Shown here: in pieces, positions 39,231 to 47,609 of the stretch
Numbering within the stretch: position 1 is the stretch's first letter
Layout: every line of letters starts with the position of its first letter
Assembly (NCBI GenBank): GCA_963813815.1
Contig: CAWFAD010000013.1
Span: forward strand, 1 to 57,661
From: an uncultured bacterium
GTDB taxonomy: Bacteria; Krumholzibacteriota; Krumholzibacteriia; Krumholzibacteriales; Krumholzibacteriaceae
Direction of reading: 5' to 3'
Length of the DNA stretch: 57,661 nt
Position numbers and translations under genes: made by a program
The notes under the pieces: generated by a model
The model's database searches: none
What the model was told of the DNA's origin: nothing
Seen by the model: the letters and a program-made list of their open reading frames with translations, nothing else

Positions 39231-39991
39231 CCCTCTATTGGTATACGGTGGCGGCCGTCTTCGGACTGGCCGTCGGGAGCTTCATGAACGTCGTCGTGCA
39301 CCGGGTGCCCCGCGGGCTCTCCATCGCGCGCCCCCGCTCGTTCTGTCCGCGCTGCCGCAGGCCCATCACCTGGCGCGAAAACGTGCCGATCGTGAGTTAC
39401 CTCGCGCTCCGGGCCCGTTGCAAAGGCTGCGGCGCTCCGATATCCGCGCGCTATCCGCTCGTCGAGGCGGCAGGAGGAGCGCTCGCCGTTCTCGCGGCGC
39501 TCCGGTTCGGGTTCACCCTCGACGCGGCGTTCGCCTACGCGTTTCTCATGGCGCTCGTCGCGGTAACGCTCATCGATTGGGAGTTCCGTATCATTCCGGA
39601 TCGCATCAGCATTCCGTTCGTCGCGGTGGGGCTCGCGTGGAGCCTCGCGAGTCCCCGGATCGGTCTCGCGAGCTCCGCGCTCGGGGCGCTCGCCGGCGGC
39701 GGCGGGATTTTCGTCGTGGGGGAGCTGTACCGCCTCATCCGCAAGGTCGAGGGAATGGGTGGGGGAGACGTGAAGCTCATGGCGATGATCGGCGCCTTTC
39801 TCGGCGTTCGCCTCGTCTTGCCGGTCGTTCTCATCGCCTCTCTGGCGGGCTCGATCTACGGCGCGACGCTCCTCGCGAGAGGGAGCGGGGGAAAGACCGC
39901 GGTGGCGTTCGGGTCGTTCCTCGCGCCCGCCGCGGCGATCTGTCTCTTCGCTGGCGAACGCCTCGTTTCGTGGTACCTCGGGGGGCTCTGA
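39227..39991 (+). CDS. pilD: Prepilin peptidase PilD
   Basis: GSFMNVV, two CxxC motifs, RYPLVE, IDWEFRIIPD, GMGGGDVKL, FGSFL. Confidence 0.95.
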   Translation: MTLYWYTVAAVFGLAVGSFMNVVVHRVPRGLSIARPRSFCPRCRRPITWRENVPIVSYLALRARCKGCGAPISARYPLVEAAGGALAVLAALRFGFTLDAAFAYAFLMALVAVTLIDWEFRIIPDRISIPFVAVGLAWSLASPRIGLASSALGALAGGGGIFVVGELYRLIRKVEGMGGGDVKLMAMIGAFLGVRLVLPVVLIASLAGSIYGATLLARGSGGKTAVAFGSFLAPAAAICLFAGERLVSWYLGGL

Positions 39992-40004
39992 TTTTCTGGC
40001 ACTT

Positions 40005-40126
40005 TGCACGCGAATCGTGCATTGCAATTCGGCCCGGGCCGAATGCGCTCCGGTCATGAAGGCAATCTATTGCAAAAGCATAAGTTGAATCGAACGGGGA
40101 GAAAACACCGTTGGCACGTTGTTTGC
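40005..40126 (+). promoter_or_regulatory. Sigma-54 promoter of pilMNOPQ with upstream activator-type palindrome
   Basis: TGCACG-cgaat-CGTGCA dyad at 40005-40021; AT-rich IHF-like stretch at 40063-40090; TGGCAC-GTTGT-TTGC at 40112-40126. Confidence 0.8.
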
Positions 40127-40250
40127 GTGTTTGAGCGAATCGAGGAGATAGGACTACTCGGTACAGGGGTGCCGGTACAACTTTTTGCGCGAAAAACGTC
40201 GAACGCCTGAACGGCTTCAGGCGCGGTATCTGACAAAGGTTGGTGCGAGC

Positions 40251-41327
40251 ATGATCTCTTTACCATTCCTCAAGCGGAAGGGCTCAACGGTGGGACTCGA
40301 CATCGGCTCGAGCCTCATCAAGGTCATCGAGATCGATCATTCGGGCGGTCGGCCGACGCTCACGCATTTCGGCCTGCAGAAGCTCGCCCCCGAGGCCATC
40401 GTCGAGGGCGAGATCATGGACCGCGACCTCGTCATCGAGGGTATCCGGCAGTGCATGGAGAAAGCGGGCGTCACCGGGAACACGGTCGTCTCCGCCATAT
40501 CCGGGCGCGCCGTGATCGTGAAGAAGATCGTCATGGACAAGATGTCGGCTCAGGACGCCCAGGAGGCGATCTTCTGGGAGGCCGAGCAGCACGTGCCGTT
40601 CGACATCGATGATGTCTGCCTCGATTTCCAGATACTCAAGGAGGACGCCGGGGCCAATCAGATGGAGGTGCTCCTCGTCGCGGCGAAGAAGGATATGGTC
40701 AACAACTACGCCAGCCTCATCCGCGACGCCGGGTTCACTCCGGTGGTCGTCGACGTCGACTCCTTCGCCGTGCAGAACTGCTTCGAGCAGGGACGCCGCG
40801 GCACGTCCGCCGAGAAAAGGGTCGTCGGGCTCGTCAACGTCGGCAGCGACGTCACCAACATCAACATCGTTCAGGACGCGAGCCCTCATTTCACGCGCGA
40901 CATCAGCATCGGAAGCAACAATTTCGCTGAAATCATCCAGAAGAACATGGGGGTCGATTACGAAGAGGCTCACGCGATCGTCTCCGGCAAGCTCGGCGAA
41001 CGCGATCCCGGCGCCGTGAAGGAGCTCATCCGGCAGGGCGCGAAGGACCTCTCGCTCGGGATCGAGCGGAGCATCTCCTTCCTCAAGGCTGCCGGCGACG
41101 CCGATTCGATCGACGAGGTCGTTCTGAGCGGCGGCGGCGCCAACATTCCCTTCCTCAAGGATATTCTGGCCGAAAAACACGGCATGACCATCTCGATACA
41201 CAATCCCCTCGCCGGCATCGAGTGCGAAGAGGGAGTGTTCGGCGAGCATGAGGCCGAGATCGACGCTATCGCCCCGCTGCTCACGGTGGGTATCGGTCTC
41301 GCGCTGAGAAAGGCGGGAAGAGAATGA
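40251..41327 (+). CDS. pilM: Type IV pilus assembly protein PilM
   Basis: VGLDIGSSLIK, EAEQHVPF, LLVAAKK, VDVDSFA, LSGGGA, GLALR. Confidence 0.95.
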   Translation: MISLPFLKRKGSTVGLDIGSSLIKVIEIDHSGGRPTLTHFGLQKLAPEAIVEGEIMDRDLVIEGIRQCMEKAGVTGNTVVSAISGRAVIVKKIVMDKMSAQDAQEAIFWEAEQHVPFDIDDVCLDFQILKEDAGANQMEVLLVAAKKDMVNNYASLIRDAGFTPVVVDVDSFAVQNCFEQGRRGTSAEKRVVGLVNVGSDVTNINIVQDASPHFTRDISIGSNNFAEIIQKNMGVDYEEAHAIVSGKLGERDPGAVKELIRQGAKDLSLGIERSISFLKAAGDADSIDEVVLSGGGANIPFLKDILAEKHGMTISIHNPLAGIECEEGVFGEHEAEIDAIAPLLTVGIGLALRKAGRE

Positions 41328-41878
41328 TAACGATCAACCTGCTGCCGCGCGAGGAACGGATCAAGAAGCGCGAGTTCAAACTTCCGCAGCTCTCGACCGT
41401 CTACCTGATCGCCGGTCTGGCGATCTTCGTGGCGGCGATTGTCATGACGGGGTTCGTGCAGCAGCAGAAGGTCCGCTCGCTGCAGGGCAAGATCGCGGCT
41501 GCGACCGAGGAGTCGAAGAAACTCGCCCCGCAGCTCGCCAAGATCAAGGAAATCACGCGGGAGCGCGAGGAAGTGGACCGGCGGCTCGGCATCATCGCCG
41601 ACCTCGACCGGTTCCGCTACTACCGGGTGAAGCTCATGAACGACGTCAGCTTCAGCCTGCCTACGAACTGCTGGATCACGAACCTCGCCGAGGTGACGCC
41701 CAATCAGTTCACGATCGACGGCGTCGCGTTTTCGAACTATACGGTCGCGGACATCATGACGAATCTCGAGGAGTCCTCGACCGTCACGAAGGTCGACCTC
41801 ACGGTGACGGAAAAGGGCAAGATCAAGGAACGCGAGGTCATGAAGTTCAAACTCGTCGCGAATGCCATGCCGCAGTAG
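41324..41878 (+). CDS. pilN: PilN
   Basis: INLLP motif, single TM, coiled coil. Confidence 0.9.
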   Translation: MITINLLPREERIKKREFKLPQLSTVYLIAGLAIFVAAIVMTGFVQQQKVRSLQGKIAAATEESKKLAPQLAKIKEITREREEVDRRLGIIADLDRFRYYRVKLMNDVSFSLPTNCWITNLAEVTPNQFTIDGVAFSNYTVADIMTNLEESSTVTKVDLTVTEKGKIKEREVMKFKLVANAMPQ

Positions 41879-41902
41879 CGGCGGGAAGAGAGGGCGATCG
41901 CC

Positions 41903-42553
41903 ATGGATTTCAAGGATCCAGGGGTTCAAAAAGGAATCATCATCGGGGTGGTGTGCGTGATCCTCGGATACGCCTACTTCTTCACCTCGTTCCTGCCGTT
42001 CTTTCTCCGTCCGATGAGCGCGCAGATTTCGTCCCTGACGTCCGAGTACGAGAAGCTCAGCGCGGATCTCGAGAAAGCGCGGCGCACGGTCGGCAACCTG
42101 CCGAAGCTGGAGGCGGAATACGACCGGCTCCACGAGAAATGGATCGCGGCCCAGGGGCTCCTGCCCGCCGAGAAGGAGGTCGCCGATCTGCTCCGGAAGG
42201 TGACGCGCATCGGCAGCCAGGCCGGGATCGATTTCATGCTCTTCGAGCCGAAGCAGCCCGTGCCGCGCGAGTTCATCACCGAGAACCCAGTCAAGGTGAA
42301 AGTGCGGGGAGAGTACCATCAGCTCGGCATCTTCCTGTCGAAGGTCGCGAACCTCGACCGGATCGTGAACGTTTCGGGTCTCACCATCAAGACGGTCGAG
42401 AAATCCGGAAACGCCAAGGATGACCGGGCGCTGCGCACGTATACAATCGAAGCCGAGATGACACTCACGGCATATACGCTCGTGGAAGGGGGTGCGACGA
42501 CCAATGAGAAGCCAGCCGAGACGACTCAGCAGAAGGCTGCCGAGAATTCATGA
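41903..42553 (+). CDS. pilO: PilO
   Basis: TM plus coiled coil, LPAEKEV, GEYHQLGIF...LDRIVNV. Confidence 0.9.
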   Translation: MDFKDPGVQKGIIIGVVCVILGYAYFFTSFLPFFLRPMSAQISSLTSEYEKLSADLEKARRTVGNLPKLEAEYDRLHEKWIAAQGLLPAEKEVADLLRKVTRIGSQAGIDFMLFEPKQPVPREFITENPVKVKVRGEYHQLGIFLSKVANLDRIVNVSGLTIKTVEKSGNAKDDRALRTYTIEAEMTLTAYTLVEGGATTNEKPAETTQQKAAENS

Positions 42554-43040
42554 GGTCGCGTGGAAGGTCCTCTGGGTGCTCGCCGCGGCGGGCATCGTCG
42601 CGGGGGCCCCGCTCGGGGCGCGCGGCGGGGAGGAGGGCGCGCCGGCCAAGCCGGCGGAGCCGACCGCTTCCGCCGTGGCCGTGGACTCGCTCCACGCCGA
42701 TGGGGTGACGCTGCGCGAGAAGGACTTTTACTACCAGGCCTTCAACCAGCGCGACCCGTTCGCGAGCCTCATCTCCGGTGAGTTCGAGGAGACGGGCGAG
42801 CTCGACATCGTCGATATCTACGCGGTGCGGCTCGTTGGGATTCTCTCGGGCGGCAAGGACAAGTTTGCCATGCTCGAGGACAACAACGGCTATGCCTATA
42901 TCGTGAGGGCGGGCGATCCGGTGCGCAACGGCAACGTCGTATCGGTGACCGACCGCTCCCTCGTCGCTCGAGTTACGGTATTCGGTCAGACAAGCACGGT
43001 AACCCTCCGCCTGGAGGAGAAAAAGAGTAAAGGAGAATAG
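42504..43040 (+). CDS. pilP: PilP-like protein (start uncertain)
   Basis: RDPF motif, LVGIL, AMLED..G..Y.V..GD; position between pilO and pilQ. Confidence 0.75.
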   Translation: MRSQPRRLSRRLPRIHEVAWKVLWVLAAAGIVAGAPLGARGGEEGAPAKPAEPTASAVAVDSLHADGVTLREKDFYYQAFNQRDPFASLISGEFEETGELDIVDIYAVRLVGILSGGKDKFAMLEDNNGYAYIVRAGDPVRNGNVVSVTDRSLVARVTVFGQTSTVTLRLEEKKSKGE

Positions 43041-43042
43041 CG

Positions 43043-45127
43043 ATGCACGGGATCAGACGTTTGGTAATTGCCGGTTCGCTCCTCGTGCTGCCCTTGCTGG
43101 CTCTGTCCGTGGGCGCCGCCCAGAACGAGATCTACGGCGTGAACGTCGTCCCGGGCGAGGGAATCGTTCGTGTCGAGATCAGCAGGGCCGGGGAAGTGAC
43201 CTTCAACGCATTCATGATGACGGAGCCCGATCGGCTCGTCATCAACTGCGTCGGCGCGACGTACAGCGTGCCGTGGCAGGAGAAAACAATCGAGAGCTCG
43301 CTCGTGAAGAAGGTTCGCACGAGCCAGTTCCAGGTGGACCCGCTGCGCATCAGCCGCATCGTGGTCGATCTCTCGTCTCCCGTCGAGTACCGGATGTACG
43401 CGGAAGGGACGAAGGAGATCGTCGAGATTACGTCCCCCGGAGCGCCCGCGCCGAGCGCCGAGGCCGTCGAGACGGCCCGTCTGCTCGAGCCCGTGAGCGC
43501 GCCGGCGGAGGCCCAGCCCGCCCCGGCGCCGCCGCTCGTTCAGGCGGGGATGGGGCCCGTGCTGCCGTACCTTCCCGCGCTCCCGGCGAGCGAAACGCCG
43601 GCCGCCCCAGCGGCGGCGCCGCAGACCGTCGAGACGCCGCAGCCCGCGCCGGTTGTCGAGACCGCCGCTCTCGTCGAGCCCGCCCCCGTGGCGCCGGCTC
43701 CGATCGAGCCCGTTGTTCCGGCCGAGCCCGCCCCCGCGGCGGCCGCTCCGGTCGAGCCCGTTGTTCCGGTCGAGCCCGCCGTCGCGAGCCCGAGCGCGTG
43801 GCTTCCCGAGGAGCCCGTCGCGAGCGGCGAGAAGTCGAGCAACGTGACGATCATCGAGGAAGACACCCCTTATTCGGCGCTCGCCGAGTCAGAGAAGGCG
43901 GCGGTGCCGCTGTGGAACGAATCGTATGCGCGCGGCAATCCGCCCGTCGGCGGCGGCGCGCCGATGGGTTCGAGCCGCATTACCCTCGACGCGCAGGGCG
44001 CCGACGTGAAGACGGTGCTCCGCACGATCTCCGACTATTCGGGAAAGAACATCGTCTACGGGCCCGACGTGAAGGGTGAAGTGTACGTTCACATCAAGAA
44101 CGTGCCGTGGGAAGAGGCCCTCGACATCCTGCTCCGCGCGCACGGATACGGCTATCGCGAGGAGTACGGGATGATCCGCGTGTCCGAGCTCTCGAAGCTC
44201 ATGAAGGAAGAGCTCGAGCTTCAGACCGCCGAGCGGAAGAAGGACGATCTCCTGCCGCTTCGGACGAGGATCATCTTCGTCGACAACTCGAACGCGGAGG
44301 AGCTCAGGAACGCGCTCCAGAGCATCGTTTCCCAGCGCGGAAAGATCGAGGTCGACAAGGGCTCCAACTCGCTCATCGTCAACGACATCGAGCCCGTGAT
44401 CGCGAAGATCGAAGAGATGGTGAAGACCCTCGACGTGAAGGTCCATCAGGTCAGCATCAGCGCGAAGCTCGTTGAAATCGACGTCGAGGCCACCCGCGAG
44501 CTCGGCATCAACTGGGGTCTCTTGAACCTCCAGTCGGCGAGCCTCGGCGGGGCGGCCAGCATCGAAGTCGGCGAAGGCCTGGCCTCGAGCGACGGAACGA
44601 TCAAGTTCGGCATGGTCCGCTCGTGGGCCGAAATCAACGGCATCATCGAGATGCTCGAGAGGACGAACAAGGCCAACATCATCTCCAATCCGCGCATCAC
44701 GACGATGGACAACCGCGAAGCCAGCATCACCGTGGGCAAGGAGATTCCGCTCATCGTCGCCGACGAGGCGGGGAATCCGATCACCGAGCTCACCAAGATC
44801 GGCATCATCCTCCGGGTGATTCCGCACGTGAACGCCGACCGGACGATCACGCTCGACCTCCATCCCGAGGTGAGCGAGCTCCAGTCCGAGGCGACGGCTC
44901 AGGGCGGCGTCATCATAACGATGAACGAGGCCGATACGCGCGTGGTCGTGAAGAACGGCGACACGGCGGTCATCGGCGGCCTCATCAAGAACGTGAAGAC
45001 GAATTACCGGCGCGGCGTGCCGATTCTGAAGGACATTCCGTTCCTCGGCGCGCTCTTCTCGACGAGCTCCGTGACCAACAAGCAGCAGGAGCTCGTTGTG
45101 TTCGTGACGCCGGAGATCGTGGAATAG
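43043..45127 (+). CDS. pilQ: Type IV pilus secretin PilQ (AMIN domain, Pro/Ala linker, secretin)
   Basis: PDRLVIN...VRTSQF..RIVVDL (AMIN), NVPWEEALD, ELGINW, NPRITTMDN, GVPILKDIPFLGALF, ELVVFVTP. Confidence 0.95.
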   Translation: MHGIRRLVIAGSLLVLPLLALSVGAAQNEIYGVNVVPGEGIVRVEISRAGEVTFNAFMMTEPDRLVINCVGATYSVPWQEKTIESSLVKKVRTSQFQVDPLRISRIVVDLSSPVEYRMYAEGTKEIVEITSPGAPAPSAEAVETARLLEPVSAPAEAQPAPAPPLVQAGMGPVLPYLPALPASETPAAPAAAPQTVETPQPAPVVETAALVEPAPVAPAPIEPVVPAEPAPAAAAPVEPVVPVEPAVASPSAWLPEEPVASGEKSSNVTIIEEDTPYSALAESEKAAVPLWNESYARGNPPVGGGAPMGSSRITLDAQGADVKTVLRTISDYSGKNIVYGPDVKGEVYVHIKNVPWEEALDILLRAHGYGYREEYGMIRVSELSKLMKEELELQTAERKKDDLLPLRTRIIFVDNSNAEELRNALQSIVSQRGKIEVDKGSNSLIVNDIEPVIAKIEEMVKTLDVKVHQVSISAKLVEIDVEATRELGINWGLLNLQSASLGGAASIEVGEGLASSDGTIKFGMVRSWAEINGIIEMLERTNKANIISNPRITTMDNREASITVGKEIPLIVADEAGNPITELTKIGIILRVIPHVNADRTITLDLHPEVSELQSEATAQGGVIITMNEADTRVVVKNGDTAVIGGLIKNVKTNYRRGVPILKDIPFLGALFSTSSVTNKQQELVVFVTPEIVE

Positions 45128-45152
45128 GTTTGCCCCCTCCACTCACCGTGGA

Positions 45153-45192
45153 CCCCCGGAGGCCGGTAAGGGCCTCCGGGGGCTTTTTATTT
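45153..45192 (+). terminator. Intrinsic terminator after pilQ
   Basis: 12-bp stem CCCCCGGAGGCC / GGCCTCCGGGGG followed by CTTTTTATTT. Confidence 0.9.
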
Positions 45193-45196
45193 CCCC

Positions 45197-45225
45197 TTGC
45201 CCCGTTTCATCCTGTAATTTATGCT
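45197..45225 (+). promoter_or_regulatory. Candidate sigma-70 promoter for the rsmD-coaD operon
   Basis: TTGCCC, 17 nt, TATGCT. Confidence 0.6.
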
Positions 45226-45273
45226 GATAGCTTCGAGACTCATCCCATCCGGCGGCCGGGAGGTGCCGCTCCC

Positions 45274-45873
45274 GTGCGGGTTATCGCTGGCGCGAAAAAA
45301 GGGCTCGATCTTCGCTGCGGTCACGGACCGCGGTTCAGGCCGACCCAGCAGCTCGTCAAGGGCTCCGTGTTCGACACGATCGGGCCCGCGATAACGGGGG
45401 CCGTTTTTCTCGACCTCTTCGCCGGCTCGGGCGCCATGGGGATCGAGGCGCTCTCCCGCGGCGCGGCGCGCGCGGTGTTCGTCGAGCAGGATCACCTGAT
45501 ACTCCGGGCGCTGCGGACGAATCTCGAACGCTGCGGGTTCGGCGCCGACCGGGCGGAGGTTCGCATCGGGGACGCCGTGCGGTTCCTCGAGCGCATGGCC
45601 GGCAGCGGGGCGTCCTTCGACGTGATCTTCGCCGATCCGCCGTACGAAGGCGCGACCGCGCAGAAGGTCGTCAACATCGCCGCCGCCTCCGCGCGGCCGC
45701 TCTGTCGCCTCTTCGTCGTCGAGCACGGGAATCCCGTGTCCGCCGCGGCTGGGGGAGCGATCGAGCTCGAGAAGGAGCGGCGGTTCGGCGGAACGAGGAT
45801 TTCCTATTTCCGGTACCGGAAGGAGGAGGCAGCCGATGAAGGGCGGGACGGCGCTGTATCCGGGGACGTTTGA
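45274..45873 (+). CDS. rsmD: 16S rRNA m2G966 methyltransferase RsmD
   Basis: RVIAG..KG, RPT, LDLFAGSGAMGIEALSRGA, FADPPY; adjacent to coaD. Confidence 0.92.
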   Translation: MRVIAGAKKGLDLRCGHGPRFRPTQQLVKGSVFDTIGPAITGAVFLDLFAGSGAMGIEALSRGAARAVFVEQDHLILRALRTNLERCGFGADRAEVRIGDAVRFLERMAGSGASFDVIFADPPYEGATAQKVVNIAAASARPLCRLFVVEHGNPVSAAAGGAIELEKERRFGGTRISYFRYRKEEAADEGRDGAVSGDV

Positions 45874-46321
45874 TCCGATCACGAACGGCCACGTCGATCT
45901 CGTGAGGAGGGCGGCCCGGATTTTCGACCGCGTGATCGTGGCGGTCGCCAAGGGCGCTCACAAGAATCCCTTTCTCACGCTCGAGCAGCGGACGACGCTC
46001 GCGCGCGAGAGCCTCGAGGGCATCGCCGGGGTCGAGGTCGTCTCCTTCGAGTGTCTGCTCGTTCACGAGTTCCGCAACCGGAAGGTGAACGTCGTCATCC
46101 GCGGGCTCCGCGCGGTGTCCGATTTCGAGTACGAGCTCATGATCGCCCTCATGAACCGCAAGCTCGATCCGAATTTCGAAACGGTGTTTCTCATGCCGAG
46201 CGAGCAATACATCTATCTCCACAGCTCGCTCGTGAAGGAGATATATCAGCTCGGCGGCGAGATCTCGTGCCTCGTGCCGCCGGCGGTCCCGAAGCGGCTC
46301 AAGGAATGGAATATCAGGTAA
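45836..46321 (+). CDS. coaD: Phosphopantetheine adenylyltransferase
   Basis: YPGTFDPITNGH, RGLRAVSDFEYE, SSLVKE. Confidence 0.97.
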   Translation: MKGGTALYPGTFDPITNGHVDLVRRAARIFDRVIVAVAKGAHKNPFLTLEQRTTLARESLEGIAGVEVVSFECLLVHEFRNRKVNVVIRGLRAVSDFEYELMIALMNRKLDPNFETVFLMPSEQYIYLHSSLVKEIYQLGGEISCLVPPAVPKRLKEWNIR

Positions 46322-46343
46322 CGCGATCAAAGGAGGATATGAG

Positions 46344-47540
46344 GTGGCAGATCTGCTCAGCAAACGTGCGCGGTCTCTCGAACCGTCGCTGACGCTCAGC
46401 CTCACGGCGAAGGCGAAGGATCTCAAGGCGAAGGGCGAGAACGTGGTCGGGCTCACGGCCGGCGAACCCGACTTCGATACGCCCGACGTCATCAAGGAAG
46501 GCGCGATCGAGGCGATCAAACGCGGCGAGACGAAGTACACGGCGGCGGAGGGGATCCTGCCGCTCCGCAAAGCGATCGCCGAGACGTACAGCAAGCAGCT
46601 CGGCGTCTCCTACGGTCCGGCGGACGTCGTGATCTCGCACGGCGCGAAGCACTCGATCTACAACGCGCTGTTCGCCCTGACCGATCCGGGGGACGAGGTG
46701 CTCATCCTCTCCCCGTATTGGACGAGCTATCCCGACATGGTCAAGATTCTCGGGGGCCGTCCCCGCATCGTCGAGCTCACGAAGAAGACGGACTACAAGC
46801 TCACCCCGGAGATCTTCCGGAAGCAGCTTTCGAGGAAGAAGAAGCCGCGGCTCCTCATGCTCAACTCGCCGTCGAACCCGGCGGGGATCGTGTACCGGAA
46901 GGAAGAGCTCGAGGCGATCGCGCGCATCGTGCTCGAGTCGGGGATCTCGCTCATGAGCGACGAGATCTACGAGCATCTCGTGTTCGCGGGGTTCGAGCAC
47001 CATTCCCCGGTGAGCCTCGTGCCGGAGATACGCAGACAGACGGTCGTCGTCTCCGGCGTGTCGAAGAGCTACGCGATGACGGGCTGGCGCGTCGGGTACG
47101 CGCTCGCCGACAAGGACGTCGCCTACCGCATGGCGGCCTTCCAGGCGCACGCCACCGGCTGCCCGAACTCGATTTCCCAGTGGGCGGCGCTCGAGGCGCT
47201 CCTGAAGGGCGCGGAAGCGCGGGACGAGATGCGCGTCGAGTTCGAGAAGCGGAGGGAGCTCTTCGGCAAGCGGCTCGCCCGGATACCCTCGATCTGGTAC
47301 CCGGAGCCGGGCGGAGCGTTCTATTACCTCGTCGACGTCTCGAAGCTCTACAAGAAATGCAACGTCAAGAACAGCTTCGAATTCTGCGACAAGCTGCTCG
47401 CCGAGCAAGGCCTCGTCGTCATCCCGGGAGGGGCCTTCGGCTGCGACAAGATGATCCGCTTCTCCTTCGCGGCATCCGAGAACGACATCAACCGGGCGCT
47501 CGACCGCTTCGAGAACTTCGTCAAGAAGCACTCGAGCTGA
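46344..47540 (+). CDS. Class I PLP aminotransferase (aspartate aminotransferase-like)
   Basis: GEPDFDTP, GAKH, NSPSNPAG, SDEIY, SKSYAMTGWRVG. Confidence 0.92.
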   Translation: MADLLSKRARSLEPSLTLSLTAKAKDLKAKGENVVGLTAGEPDFDTPDVIKEGAIEAIKRGETKYTAAEGILPLRKAIAETYSKQLGVSYGPADVVISHGAKHSIYNALFALTDPGDEVLILSPYWTSYPDMVKILGGRPRIVELTKKTDYKLTPEIFRKQLSRKKKPRLLMLNSPSNPAGIVYRKEELEAIARIVLESGISLMSDEIYEHLVFAGFEHHSPVSLVPEIRRQTVVVSGVSKSYAMTGWRVGYALADKDVAYRMAAFQAHATGCPNSISQWAALEALLKGAEARDEMRVEFEKRRELFGKRLARIPSIWYPEPGGAFYYLVDVSKLYKKCNVKNSFEFCDKLLAEQGLVVIPGGAFGCDKMIRFSFAASENDINRALDRFENFVKKHSS

Positions 47541-47609
47541 CGAGCGTAACTTATTGCAAAATAGAATAGTTGCAGATCTCGCGCATCGGGGCGAGGTCTG
47601 CCTCGAGCC

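Noticed and set aside
39996..40010. TGGCACTTTGCA as an additional sigma-54 promoter
   Set aside because: Only 6 nt between GG and GC; sigma-54 needs 10
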